Counted from the first letter of the stretch, positions 46,931 to 56,918 are shown. The stretch: DNA of 64,000 nt from Patescibacteria group bacterium (GCA_045541795.1 JAZQJV010000010.1:72333-136332); one strand, 5' to 3'. A program made the numbers and translations. Notes: generated by a model not told the origin, from the sequence alone.

Positions 46931-48890
46931 GATTATCCTCTAAGCTGCCCACTAACTCACCACCACATTTACTCACTGCCGCCACAATTGCTTGGCGCAG
47001 AGGCTTAACTTCCTCCGTACTCAAGCTGCCGGCCTCTTTTTGATACTGGAAATGAAAAGTATAATGATCTTGGTAAATCTCGCCCAAGCTTACAGCCACA
47101 ACCAGATCAGACACCTGCTTAATTTTTGTCATCACCTCGCCGACGGCCGGCACCTGGTCAAAAGCAAAAGTCAGATCTTCACGGACTACCCCTCCTGTGC
47201 GCAGTTTCCCGCTGATCTGTACTGGCCCGGAAGCAGCCACCAATGTGGACATATCTATTTCGGCCGCGATCAGTTTTTGGTCAGTCTGGCTCACTTGCCC
47301 AAGCTCTTGCCCACCTACATAAATTTTCCCTGATTTATCCACATTTATTTCAATATTTGCCGCTTTGGCGATCAGCTGTAGCCACAAGCGCACTTGCCGG
47401 TAGGGAACAGGGGAGAGCAGACCCAAGCGTAATTTTTCCACCACCTTATCGGCAGTTGCGCCTGGAAAATAGACATTAGCCAGCTCAAAAATCCCAGCAG
47501 TACTATTATTACTGTCGCGGTTTTCCTGCCACACAGCCTCCAGACTTGGGATTAAGCTCTGGCGCAAATAAACTTTGTCTTCTGTCAGCGGATTTTCCAG
47601 CCGCAAGTACTTTTTTTCATCACCGATTTGCTCGCGGCTGACCGTAGAGTACGTATACACTTCACTCAAACCTTTGTCCACAAGCAAATGTTTTAACCGG
47701 TTTTCCAGAACAAAATCAAATTGCTCTTGACGCGGGATCTCCACTACCCGAAAATCCGTCCGGCTTGGCAACAAATGATAACCATAAATCCGTGCCACCT
47801 CTTCTATCAGATCTTCTTGGATCGTCACATCATGAGCCCGAAAAGAAGGCGCCGTCACCTGCCAGTATAATTCCTCTGTTTTATCCACCTGGAAACCTAA
47901 ATCCGTCAAAATTTTCTCTATGCGCGCCGGCGCAATTTCTACTCCCAGATAACGATACAGCCTTGACACATCAAAACCAATCGGCTCACGGGTCTGGCGT
48001 AGCCGCTCATTTTCGTAAGTATACACGCTGCTGGCAATTTTGGCTCCGGCCTCGCGCTGCAAAATCTGGGTGCCGAGCGCTAGCACTTCATCCGTCAAGA
48101 AAGGATCGACGTTTTTTTCATTTAAAATCGCGGCCACCGTACGGATCGCGTGGCTCATACTGGCCCGGCGCACTGTGGGTGCATCCATATTTTCCAGCCA
48201 AAAAAGCACCCGAGTAGTCTCTGGAGAAATCGCGGTATTAGCCGTCCCTTTTATTGCCGGCAAATCAATAATTTCTCCCTTATCATTTTCAAAAACTACC
48301 TCGCCGCCCACGGTCTCATGCTCCTCACCGTCTAGCGTTACAAATTTTTTGCCTTTCTCCGCTTGCTTGACGATAATTTTCCCGCCTAAGGCCATAATTT
48401 TATCGTAATCAAAAGTATGGCACGGATGCCCGAGTTCGTGAGTGACGTAGTTGGACATGTCGATAATAATGCCGTGACTATTTTGACCGATTTGGTGCAA
48501 ACGCTTGCGCATCCATTCTGGCGAATCAACGTTTTTTACATTATCTAGCACTACGCATGAAATTTTGTTGACGGCAAGAGTCTCCACTTGTATTTCTGGA
48601 AGAGGTAATTCTAAAGTCTGAGCTTTCCAGTCCATTTCCCGCTGCTGGGTCAATTTTTTGGGTTTCACTTTGTCGCCGGCGATCGCTGCTAGTTCCCGTG
48701 CTAGTCCCTTGATACACATGGAATCCACCCGGTTAGTAGTGATTTCGATGTCAAATACTTTTTCGCCGTCAATTTCCTCAATCCGCTCAAAAGAAGGCCC
48801 ATGCAAAGAGCCCAAAGCCGCCAGCTCTTCGCTCGTCATCGACGTCTCCAAATACTCACCCAACCAAGTCACCGGTACTAAAATGTTCAT
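46923..48890 (-). CDS. pheT: Phenylalanyl-tRNA synthetase beta subunit, short form lacking the N-terminal tRNA-binding OB domain
   Basis: B3/4 domain, B5 domain (DVTIQEDLIEEVARIYGY) and a C-terminal FDX-ACB-like domain. 655 aa. Confidence 0.75.
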   Translation of the reverse strand: MNILVPVTWLGEYLETSMTSEELAALGSLHGPSFERIEEIDGEKVFDIEITTNRVDSMCIKGLARELAAIAGDKVKPKKLTQQREMDWKAQTLELPLPEIQVETLAVNKISCVVLDNVKNVDSPEWMRKRLHQIGQNSHGIIIDMSNYVTHELGHPCHTFDYDKIMALGGKIIVKQAEKGKKFVTLDGEEHETVGGEVVFENDKGEIIDLPAIKGTANTAISPETTRVLFWLENMDAPTVRRASMSHAIRTVAAILNEKNVDPFLTDEVLALGTQILQREAGAKIASSVYTYENERLRQTREPIGFDVSRLYRYLGVEIAPARIEKILTDLGFQVDKTEELYWQVTAPSFRAHDVTIQEDLIEEVARIYGYHLLPSRTDFRVVEIPRQEQFDFVLENRLKHLLVDKGLSEVYTYSTVSREQIGDEKKYLRLENPLTEDKVYLRQSLIPSLEAVWQENRDSNNSTAGIFELANVYFPGATADKVVEKLRLGLLSPVPYRQVRLWLQLIAKAANIEINVDKSGKIYVGGQELGQVSQTDQKLIAAEIDMSTLVAASGPVQISGKLRTGGVVREDLTFAFDQVPAVGEVMTKIKQVSDLVVAVSLGEIYQDHYTFHFQYQKEAGSLSTEEVKPLRQAIVAAVSKCGGELVGSLEDNHE

Positions 48891-49306
48891 AATGTCACTT
48901 CTTTCGTCTCAATTTCTTCTATTTTACCACAGTTTGCTTGAGTTTGGCCGCTCAATTTTACGCTTACAAACCGCTGGATCTCCTCCATCATCTGCTGATT
49001 ATGCATTACATTAATACTAGGGCGCAAGACAAAAACATAGTCGCCAGGCTGCAATAAATCCTGAGCCAAGGCTTGACTGATGACCGCCGTCGCGCGTCTT
49101 TTTGCCTGGTGACGCCGCACGCTTAAGGGAAACGTCCTTTTGCGAGCAATCACAGCCACTTTGGCGCTTTCGCGGCCAACAACCCAAAAAATGCGGGCCC
49201 AGCGCATCCCCCAGCTACAACTGGTCTCAAAAAAGCTATCATCAATCCGGCTCGTGATGCGCCGCGCGCGTGCTAACATATAGCGTATTATACCAGATAA
49301 AATCAC
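48887..49306 (-). CDS. rnpA: Ribonuclease P protein component
   Basis: RITSRIDDSFFE...AKVAVIARKRTFPLSVRRHQAKRRATAV...GDYVFVLRP matches the RnpA basic motif. 4-nt overlap with pheT. Confidence 0.65.
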   Translation of the reverse strand: MILSGIIRYMLARARRITSRIDDSFFETSCSWGMRWARIFWVVGRESAKVAVIARKRTFPLSVRRHQAKRRATAVISQALAQDLLQPGDYVFVLRPSINVMHNQQMMEEIQRFVSVKLSGQTQANCGKIEEIETKEVTL

Positions 49307-49610
49307 TTTTTGCAGTCTGGCTTTGGACTATCACGCCAACACTAATATTTACTAAATCAAATAATATCTAAAAATCAATAATCAGCGCACAGTCAATCAT
49401 ATTTTGCCAGTAAAATACCTGGCAGCTGCGCCCAGTGAGTGCCAAAAATTGCCTTGCTTACCTGGGTGGGCGGCGGGGGAGAAAAGCCATGAGACGATAC
49501 CACGAGGGTCACACCAACTACTCAAACTATATTTTTGTGTACGTTTTTGCTCTCATTTTGTGAACACCTAGCGAGAAATGACCAAAAAGAGAAAATAGAG
49601 GGGTAAAATT

Positions 49611-49653
49611 CGTGAAAGTCCTATAATATTTTAAATATTATAGGACTTTCACG
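49611..49653. repeat. 43-bp near-perfect palindrome (21-bp arms) built around the TCCTATAATAT motif
   Basis: CGTGAAAGTCCTATAATATTT-T-AAATATTATAGGACTTTCACG, checked base by base. Confidence 0.8.
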
Positions 49654-49800
49654 TAAACATCCTATAATGTTTGCGGTAATATTATAGGATTTTCACCTTA
49701 AAGACCTATAATATTTCCAAAAAATTATAGGGACTTTAGGTTAAAATCCTATAATATTCTACCTCGAGTGAGCGTTAACATCCCATAATAAGATAATTAT
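49611..49800. promoter_or_regulatory. Cluster of about 8 copies of the (G/A)TCCTATAATAT(T) motif in alternating orientation within the rnpA/gyrB intergenic region (candidate oriC or regulatory array)
   Basis: Copies begin near 49617, 49637 (rc), 49668, 49682 (rc), 49703, 49728 (rc), 49755 and 49785. Confidence 0.5.
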
Positions 49801-50135
49801 CAAAATTCCAGGTGTGGCCCTGCTATTTTTGGTCACTCACAGCGTCAACAGCCCATAGTTTGCGCCGCCGTCCCCAAACCCCTCAAATTTTGCGGAGAAA
49901 AATTACGCGCCGCCCGCCCCGCCGCGCGTCCCGCGCGTCGTGATCACCGCATATTTTGCAATATTAATTAATAGTAAAGTCGATTTTGTCATCGTTATTA
50001 ACGCAAAATTTGCGGTAATAACTGTGTCAATTCTCGTTCTCCTTATACTGTCTATTTTCTCACGAAATGCCCCATTTCCGGCCGCAAAAGCCCGAGCTTG
50101 ACAAAATCCCACATCAATGATAAAATCATGATCCT

Positions 50136-52157
50136 ATGGCAAGTAATGAATACAAAGCATCACAAATTAAAGTGTTGGAGGGTCTCGAACCAGTACGCAA
50201 GCGCCCCGGCATGTATATCGGTAGCACTGACGCCAAAGGTTTGCATCACCTTGCCCGTGAAATCTTAGATAATGCCGTCGATGAGGCCATCGCCGGTTTT
50301 GGCCACACCATCCAGCTTTTCCGCCAGAGCGTCCCAGAGAGCTACCGTCACATCGTCACCGGTAAAGACAATGCTTGGGGAGAAGAGGAGATTATCGTGG
50401 TAGATAATGGCCGCGGTATCCCGGTAGACATGCACGCCAGCGGTGTTTCTGCCCTCGAAGTTGTCCTGACCAAACTCCATGCCGGCGGCAAATTTGAAGA
50501 AACCGCTTATCAGGCTTCCGGCGGCTTGCACGGGGTGGGTAGCTCGGCCGTCAATGCTTTATCCGTGATCATGCAAGTCGTCGTCAAACGTGACGGCAAA
50601 TATTACTACTTAGCCCTTTCTCAAGGGGAAATTTTGGATCACGTGGCCGTCATCAGCGAAGAAGACTTCCGGCAAAAATTCCCGGTGGCGTGTGAATCCT
50701 TGATTACCAAGTATGATACCGGCACGCTTGTCAGTTTCGTGCCCGATAAAACTATTTTTTCGACCACCAAATTTTCCTTAAATGAGCTGGTTTCTACCCT
50801 AAAAGATCGCGCTTATTTGATGGCTCGCATTTATTTTGAGCTCAACGACAGTATCGCCCACATCAATCGTCACTATTACTTTGAAAACGGTATCCGTTCA
50901 CTCGTGGAGCATATCAACCGTTCCAAAAAACCGCTCCATGACGTTTTTTACGTCAATAAAGCCTGGTCAGATCAGGAAACCGGCAAGCACATCGGCGTAG
51001 AAGTGGCTCTCCAATACAATGACAGTTTCACCGAAAAACTCGAGTCTTACGTCAACGTCATCCCCACCCCCGATGCTGGTACTCACGTCACTGGCTTCCG
51101 GGCTGCTTTGCTCAAAGTCCTCAAAGATTACGCCGATAAAAACAAACTTCTCAAGGAAAAAGAAAACTTCACCAGTGAAGACCTCAAGGAAGGTTTGACA
51201 GCAGTGGTATTTGTGAAAATGCCCGCCAATGACCTCCAATTTGAAGGTCAGACTAAATCTCGGCTCAACAACTCAGAAGCGCACACCGCCGTCTATCAAG
51301 TCATGAAAGATGCGCTCAATGATTTCCTCGAGGAAAACCCCAAAATCGGCAAAATTATCATCGAAAAAGTAGTCATTGCCGCCAACGCTCGCCTGGCAGC
51401 TCGCGCCGCCAAAGACGCCGTGATCCGTAAGAGTGCTTTTGAGGGTGGCGGTCTCCCGGGTAAGCTCGCTGATTGTCAGTCCAAACACCCCGAAGAATGT
51501 GAGATTTACATCGTTGAGGGCGACTCAGCCGGCGGCAGTGCCAAACAAGGCCGCGATCGCAAATTCCAGGCAATTTTCCCCCTGCGCGGCAAAATCCTCA
51601 ATACTGAGCGGGCACGCTTACACAAAGTGATCGAAACCGAAGAACTCAAAAATTTGATTATTGCCCTAGGCGCGGGGATAGGGGAGACCTTCAAAGCAGA
51701 AAAATTACGGTATCACCGCATTATTTTGATGACGGATGCTGATGTAGACGGCGAACACATCACGACCCTCGGCTTGACTTTCTTTTACCGGCACTTGCCA
51801 GAAATCATCAAGGGAGGTTATCTTTACGTGGCCATGCCGCCACTTTATAAAGTCAGCGACGGCAAAACTACCGAATACACGTATACCGAAGCCGAACGTG
51901 ACGCTGCTGTGGCCAAAATCAAGGAAAAACGGCCTAATGCCAATATTTATATCCAACGCTATAAAGGCTTGGGCGAAATGAACGCCGAGCAATTATGGGA
52001 AACGACCATGAATCCCGCCAACCGGATGCTCAAGAGAATTACTCTAGACGAAGTGGAAGCCATGAATAATACTTTCTCCGTGTTGATGGGTGACGAAGTG
52101 GCACCACGCAAAAAATTCATCCAGTCTCACGCCCGGCTTGCAAACTTAGATATATAA
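50136..52157 (+). CDS. gyrB: DNA gyrase subunit B
   Basis: ATPase domain LEPVRKRPGMYIGSTD...HLAREILDNAVDE. Toprim motifs EGDSAGGSAKQGRDR...PLRGKILN and ILMTDADVDGEHI. Confidence 0.9.
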   Translation: MASNEYKASQIKVLEGLEPVRKRPGMYIGSTDAKGLHHLAREILDNAVDEAIAGFGHTIQLFRQSVPESYRHIVTGKDNAWGEEEIIVVDNGRGIPVDMHASGVSALEVVLTKLHAGGKFEETAYQASGGLHGVGSSAVNALSVIMQVVVKRDGKYYYLALSQGEILDHVAVISEEDFRQKFPVACESLITKYDTGTLVSFVPDKTIFSTTKFSLNELVSTLKDRAYLMARIYFELNDSIAHINRHYYFENGIRSLVEHINRSKKPLHDVFYVNKAWSDQETGKHIGVEVALQYNDSFTEKLESYVNVIPTPDAGTHVTGFRAALLKVLKDYADKNKLLKEKENFTSEDLKEGLTAVVFVKMPANDLQFEGQTKSRLNNSEAHTAVYQVMKDALNDFLEENPKIGKIIIEKVVIAANARLAARAAKDAVIRKSAFEGGGLPGKLADCQSKHPEECEIYIVEGDSAGGSAKQGRDRKFQAIFPLRGKILNTERARLHKVIETEELKNLIIALGAGIGETFKAEKLRYHRIILMTDADVDGEHITTLGLTFFYRHLPEIIKGGYLYVAMPPLYKVSDGKTTEYTYTEAERDAAVAKIKEKRPNANIYIQRYKGLGEMNAEQLWETTMNPANRMLKRITLDEVEAMNNTFSVLMGDEVAPRKKFIQSHARLANLDI

Positions 52158-52176
52158 GCTGACTAGAAAGGAAAAC

Positions 52177-52671
52177 ATGTCAGATTTAAAAGTTTACATC
52201 GAAATTCCCGAAGGCTCACGCGTCAAATACGAACTTGACGAGGAAACTGGGGAATTATGTATCGATCGGCTCATGCCTACGGCTATGGGTTATCCCATCA
52301 ATTACGGTCTCATCCAAGGCACACTGGGCCAAGACGGCGACGCACTCGACGCCTTAGTTTTTATCAATCAGCCCGTAATGCCAGGCGTGGTAATCAAATG
52401 CAAGCCGATTGGCGTCCTGGGAATGGAAGATGAAGAAGGTATTGACCACAAAATTTTGTGCGTCCCGGCCAAAACCAAAATTGACCCCGTCTGTGGCGCT
52501 TGGGAATCACTTGACGACATCACTCCCGCCAAAAAGGCTGAAATTAAGCACTTTTTTGAGCATTACAAAGACTTAGAAGAGGGCAAATGGGTGAAGCTTT
52601 CTGGCTGGCACGATGTCGCCATGGCACAAAAACTCATCGAAGAATCAATCAAAAGATTTGAACAAAAATAA
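52177..52671 (+). CDS. ppa: Inorganic pyrophosphatase (family I)
   Basis: YIEIPEGSRVKYE...DGDALDALVF. Confidence 0.9.
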   Translation: MSDLKVYIEIPEGSRVKYELDEETGELCIDRLMPTAMGYPINYGLIQGTLGQDGDALDALVFINQPVMPGVVIKCKPIGVLGMEDEEGIDHKILCVPAKTKIDPVCGAWESLDDITPAKKAEIKHFFEHYKDLEEGKWVKLSGWHDVAMAQKLIEESIKRFEQK

Positions 52672-52731
52672 TAAATATTGACGAATAGGTAAAATAAAGG
52701 AATAATCAAGGCACCTAGTCAGAAAGTAATT

Positions 52732-55485
52732 ATGGCAAATGAAAACGAAGCGGACATCACGATAGAAAATCTCGAGGCCGACCAAGCTACAGACGTTGGT
52801 GTGACCAACACCACAGTGTCTGCCGAGACTGCTGGTGCCGCTGCGGAATCCGCCGAAATTGCCACTCTAGGTGACCTTGATCGTTCCCAGATCGTCAAAT
52901 CCGAATACGGTCAACTGTGGAATCGCAGCATTATCCGTGAAATGGAAATGTCCTACCTTGACTATGCCATGAGCGTTATCGTCGCTCGGGCTCTTCCTGA
53001 TGCTCGTGACGGATTAAAACCGGTACATAGGCGTATTTTATATTCCATGCACCGCTCCGGCATCCATTACAACACTCCTTACAAAAAATCTGCCCGCATT
53101 GTCGGCGATGTGCTCGGTAAATATCACCCTCACGGTGATGCTTCCGTATATATGGCGCTCGTCCGTCTGGCGCAGCCATTTAGTATGCGCTATCCACTCA
53201 TTGATGGCCAGGGAAATTTTGGTAGTGTCGATGGTGATGCTCCTGCCGCCATGCGTTACACGGAAGCACGCATGGCCAAAATCACCAGTGAAATCTTAGC
53301 TGATATTGACAAAAATACCGTCCCCATGATCGACAACTTCGACGGCTCACTCAAAGAACCGGCCGTCTTGCCTGGTAAAATCCCCAATCTCCTCCTTATG
53401 GGCTCGGAAGGTATCGCCGTGGGTATGGCGACCAAAATCCCGCCTCACAACCTTACCGAAGTCGGCCACGCCATCATCAACATGATCAAAAAAGGCCAGG
53501 TAGACAATGCCGAAACCATTAATGCCGACAACATCGTCAAGGCCACTGACAAAGATTCATTGGCAGCCAATCACGAGATCATCGAGGAAGCCATTCATCG
53601 TGACGCCAAACGAATTGCCGGTCATTTTGTCAGCAGTATCAGTTTTGAGGAAATCATGAGCGACATCAAAGGACCAGATTTTCCCTCTGGTGGGCTGATT
53701 TTTGACGAAAAAGCCATCGCTGAAGTCTACCGCACCGGCAAAGGCCGGATTGTCAATCGCGCCCAAGCCGAAATCGTCGATGACGGCAAAGGCCACGTCC
53801 AGATCATTTCCAACGCCGTCCCGTATCAATGTAGCGGCGACAAAATCGTTGCCCGGATCGTAGAATTGGCTAAAGCCAAAAAACTCATCGGCATCAAAGA
53901 CGCCAATAACCACTCTGACCGCCACGGTTTCCAGATCACCATTGATCTCAAAAAAGACGCTCAGCCAAAAGTGATCCTCAATAAACTCTATCAACTCACA
54001 GAATTCCAGGTCAATTTCCCTGTCAACATGGTGGCCCTCAATGCTGATGGCGTACCGCAATTAATGAACATCAAGCAAGTCCTTCGTGAATACATTCTCC
54101 ATCGCCAGCTAGTGGTGATCCGGCGAGCACAATTTGACCTCATCAAAGCTCGTGACCGAGCCCACATCTTGGAAGGATTAATTATCGCCCTCGACAATAT
54201 TGATGCTGTCATCAAAGTTATCCGCGAATCCAAAGATATTCCGGTCGCCAAGGCTGCATTAATGGAAAACTTTGGCTTGAGCGAAATCCAGGCTACAGCT
54301 ATCGTCGAACTGCGTCTAGGACGTCTCGCCGCTCTCGAGAGGCTCAAAATCGAACAAGAATACAGCGAAATCCAAAAAACTATCAACGACCTGCTCTCAA
54401 AAATTGCCCATCCGCAATCGATTTTGGACACTATCATCTCTGAAATGGAAGAACTGATTGCCAATTACGGTGATGAGCGGCTAACCAAAGTTATCCCCGG
54501 CAAAGTGGGCGAGTTTTCACAAGAAGACCTCATTCCTGATCAAGAAACCATTATCACGCTCACCAGGACCAATTACATCAAGCGTCTCCCGCCGGACACT
54601 TTCCGCGCCCAATCACGTGGCGGTAAAGGTACGGCCGGGGTAAAAATGAAAGAAGATGACCTAGTCAAATGCATCCTTTCTGTCAATACCCATGACAATC
54701 TATTACTTTTTACCAATCTCGGCCGGGTTTTCCAGCTCAAAGCTCACGAAATTCCTGAAGTCAGCAAAGGTGCCAAAGGTACCGCTGTGGTCAATCTCAT
54801 TAACCTCAAATCAGGCGAAAAAGTGGAGTTTATCCTCAAAATCAATCTGGAAGAAAATCGCGATCAGCACATTGCCCTCATCACCAAAGCCGGTCTCGTC
54901 AAAAAGACTGCCGTCTCGCAATTTGACAATATCCGCGGCAATGGTATCATTGCCATTTCTCTCAATAGCGGTGACGAACTTGTCTGGGGACAACTAGTCA
55001 ATAAAAACGACGACATCCTCTTGGTAACCCACCACGGTATGTGTATCCGTTTCAACGAAGATCAGGTAAAAGCCACTTCTCGTGACACCAAAGGTGTGAA
55101 AGGCATTACTTTGCGCGGTGATGAAGTGGTAGATGTGGAAATCATCAAGCCAGAAGATCAAAACGCCCAACACTACTTACTCACGATCACTGAAGGTGGC
55201 ATGGGCAAAATGACCTCCATCGAGCAGTATCCACGTCAAAATCGCTCTGGTACCGGTCTCAAAGTTGCTGTGGTTAATGATAAAACCGGCCCTATCGCCA
55301 AAGCTTTCCTCATTAAAGACAAAACCCAAGAAATCATTATTTCCACCAAAGCAGGGCAGACAATCAAAATGAGCCTGAATGATGTCCCCACGCCGGCTCG
55401 CGTCTCGCAGGGCGTAATCCTCATTCGTCTCGATGCCGACGATAGCGTCGCCACTGCCACCCTAACTGGCGACAAGATAGAGTAG
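52732..55485 (+). CDS. gyrA: DNA gyrase subunit A (with about 45-aa N-terminal extension)
   Basis: [38 protein letters not shown], and a GyrA-box-like QSRGGKG. Confidence 0.9.
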   Translation: MANENEADITIENLEADQATDVGVTNTTVSAETAGAAAESAEIATLGDLDRSQIVKSEYGQLWNRSIIREMEMSYLDYAMSVIVARALPDARDGLKPVHRRILYSMHRSGIHYNTPYKKSARIVGDVLGKYHPHGDASVYMALVRLAQPFSMRYPLIDGQGNFGSVDGDAPAAMRYTEARMAKITSEILADIDKNTVPMIDNFDGSLKEPAVLPGKIPNLLLMGSEGIAVGMATKIPPHNLTEVGHAIINMIKKGQVDNAETINADNIVKATDKDSLAANHEIIEEAIHRDAKRIAGHFVSSISFEEIMSDIKGPDFPSGGLIFDEKAIAEVYRTGKGRIVNRAQAEIVDDGKGHVQIISNAVPYQCSGDKIVARIVELAKAKKLIGIKDANNHSDRHGFQITIDLKKDAQPKVILNKLYQLTEFQVNFPVNMVALNADGVPQLMNIKQVLREYILHRQLVVIRRAQFDLIKARDRAHILEGLIIALDNIDAVIKVIRESKDIPVAKAALMENFGLSEIQATAIVELRLGRLAALERLKIEQEYSEIQKTINDLLSKIAHPQSILDTIISEMEELIANYGDERLTKVIPGKVGEFSQEDLIPDQETIITLTRTNYIKRLPPDTFRAQSRGGKGTAGVKMKEDDLVKCILSVNTHDNLLLFTNLGRVFQLKAHEIPEVSKGAKGTAVVNLINLKSGEKVEFILKINLEENRDQHIALITKAGLVKKTAVSQFDNIRGNGIIAISLNSGDELVWGQLVNKNDDILLVTHHGMCIRFNEDQVKATSRDTKGVKGITLRGDEVVDVEIIKPEDQNAQHYLLTITEGGMGKMTSIEQYPRQNRSGTGLKVAVVNDKTGPIAKAFLIKDKTQEIIISTKAGQTIKMSLNDVPTPARVSQGVILIRLDADDSVATATLTGDKIE

Positions 55486-55507
55486 GGGAGAGCCAAGAGT
55501 CATCTTA

Positions 55508-55531
55508 CCGCCCCAAAAGGGGCGGTTTTTC
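55508..55531 (+). terminator. Rho-independent terminator after gyrA
   Basis: CCGCCCC-aaaa-GGGGCGG followed by TTTTT. Confidence 0.7.
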
Positions 55532-55603
55532 GTGAACGGCAGCTGTAGTCTGATGTATTTCGTGCTATTTTGTAAATAAAAAGCAGACATTAGTGAATAA
55601 GGG

Positions 55604-55663
55604 CTGTATATCAGCATTTTTCTCGAGCGTAAATCATTAGCAGTCATCTGTAATGACTGCTAG
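55604..55663 (+). repeat. Copy C (partial) of the dispersed element seen at 8913-9013 and 15652-15751
   Basis: TGTATATCAGCATTTTT...CATTAGCAGTCAT-ctgta-ATGACTGCTAG hairpin with 10-bp arms. Shares the TATACATCAGCATTTTT and CATTAGCAG/ACTGCTA blocks. Confidence 0.55.
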
Positions 55664-55768
55664 CATGATGTCTTATAATCCATTTTTGCCGAGTTATTCG
55701 CACTTATACGGCTACTTTTTGCAATTTTACAGCCGTTTCACAATTCACCACGCAAAACGCTCAAAAGT

Positions 55769-55777
55769 GTGGTATAA
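55769..55777 (+). promoter_or_regulatory. Extended -10 TGGTATAAT promoter for tRNA-Ala
   Basis: About 21 nt upstream of the tRNA 5' end. Confidence 0.5.
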
Positions 55778-55798
55778 TACCCACATTAACAATTTAAG

Positions 55799-55871
55799 GG
55801 CCGTTGGCACAGTTGGTAGCGCGCTTCTATGGCATAGAAGAGGTCAGGGGTTCGACTCCCCTACGGTCCAC
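55799..55871 (+). tRNA. tRNA-Ala (anticodon GGC); CCA not encoded
   Basis: Manually folded cloverleaf. 7-bp acceptor stem with the G3:U70 Ala identity pair. Anticodon loop aTGGCAt. T-arm AGGGG-TTCGACT-CCCCT. Discriminator A73. Confidence 0.85.
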
Positions 55872-55982
55872 AACTTATTCCCGCAAAAATTGCAAGAATA
55901 ATTTCCCCATAATTAATTACCGCATAATTACCGCAAAGTGAATTTTCGCTCCTGCCCCGCCGCTATAAGAGTAGAGGAGAGC

Positions 55983-56918
55983 TCATTTTTTGAGCGAATG
56001 AAACTGCTCATGCGCCTTTTTCAGCTGCGGCTTGGTGACATGAGTATAAATTTGCGTCGTGACTACTGATTTATGACCTAGCATTTCCTGCACATCGCGC
56101 AAATTAGCCCCATTACTGATCAAATCAGTCGCAAATGAATGCCGCACTCCGTGCGGAGAAAGTTTGACTGGCAATTTTGCCCGGCGTGAATATTTATCCA
56201 CAATCCGCTGCACACTTCTAGCCGTCAAACGCATTTGTTCACCATCGCCCAACGGATTTTTCTCCTTTTTACCGCCAAAATGCACAAATAGGGGAGACCA
56301 CTCATCTTCCCTACTCCCCAACCACTGTTTGATCCAAAATTTAGCCCGTTCACTAATAAAAACCACTCGTGGCCGGCGACCTTTACCAATCACCCCCAGT
56401 TCACCAGATTCCAGATCTAGTTGTTCACGATTAAGCGCTACCAGTTCGCTTACCCGTAATCCCGTAGAATACAAAAGCTCCAAAATTGTCCGGTCGCGAA
56501 GGCCCGCCTTTGTCGTCAGATCTGGAGTTTCCAGTAATTTCAGGATATGTTCACTATCTGTATATCTCATGGGCAAAGGATCTGCCTTTGGCAACTCGAT
56601 TTTCTCTGGAGCCAGCGTTTTCACGTCATTTAGGGCCAACCACTTGAGCAGACTGCGGATGGCAATTAGATAGTAGCCTTGAGTTTTCTTTGACAGCGGA
56701 TCGCCGTTTTCTGTTTTAATCCGGCTTAAAGCCAACCTATAACTGCGCATCCCGTCCAAATCCAAACGTCCGATATTATCTATCCCTTTACGCTCCAACC
56801 AGTCTACAAAATGGTTTAAATAGTGCCGATAGTTGCGTACTGTCAACCGGCTGACATTGCGCTCAACTTCCAAATGTTCCAAAAATAATTCTTTGACAAC
56901 GACTGGTTTTGTTTCCAT
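55983..56918 (-). CDS. Tyrosine site-specific recombinase, XerC/XerD family (could be chromosomal Xer or an island integrase)
   Basis: 311 aa. C-terminal catalytic region ...RHSFATDLISNGANLRDVQEMLGHKSVVTTQIYTHV (R-H-R-Y residues). N-terminal SAM-like core-binding domain. Confidence 0.8.
   Translation of the reverse strand: METKPVVVKELFLEHLEVERNVSRLTVRNYRHYLNHFVDWLERKGIDNIGRLDLDGMRSYRLALSRIKTENGDPLSKKTQGYYLIAIRSLLKWLALNDVKTLAPEKIELPKADPLPMRYTDSEHILKLLETPDLTTKAGLRDRTILELLYSTGLRVSELVALNREQLDLESGELGVIGKGRRPRVVFISERAKFWIKQWLGSREDEWSPLFVHFGGKKEKNPLGDGEQMRLTARSVQRIVDKYSRRAKLPVKLSPHGVRHSFATDLISNGANLRDVQEMLGHKSVVTTQIYTHVTKPQLKKAHEQFHSLKK

Noticed and set aside
49611-49653. dif (Xer) site interpretation of the TCCTATAATAT-spacer-ATATTATAGGA palindrome
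   Set aside because: A dif site is unique per replicon, has a 6-bp spacer and non-identical arms. Here the motif occurs at least 8 times locally and elsewhere, the arms are perfectly symmetric, and the spacer is 5 nt.
49611-49800. Possible CRISPR array (short repeats in intergenic DNA)
   Set aside because: The repeats are about 12 bp, alternate in orientation and have irregular 15-30 bp spacing. There is no regular repeat-spacer periodicity and no cas genes, so this is not a CRISPR array.
49903-50112. 69-aa minus-strand ORF upstream of gyrB
   Set aside because: It starts inside the GC-rich CGCGCG island and runs through the AT-rich putative unwinding region. Its composition is driven by the repeats, and it is likely non-coding.
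55653-55901. 82-aa ORF
   Set aside because: It overlaps the tRNA-Ala gene and its promoter on the same strand and is spurious.
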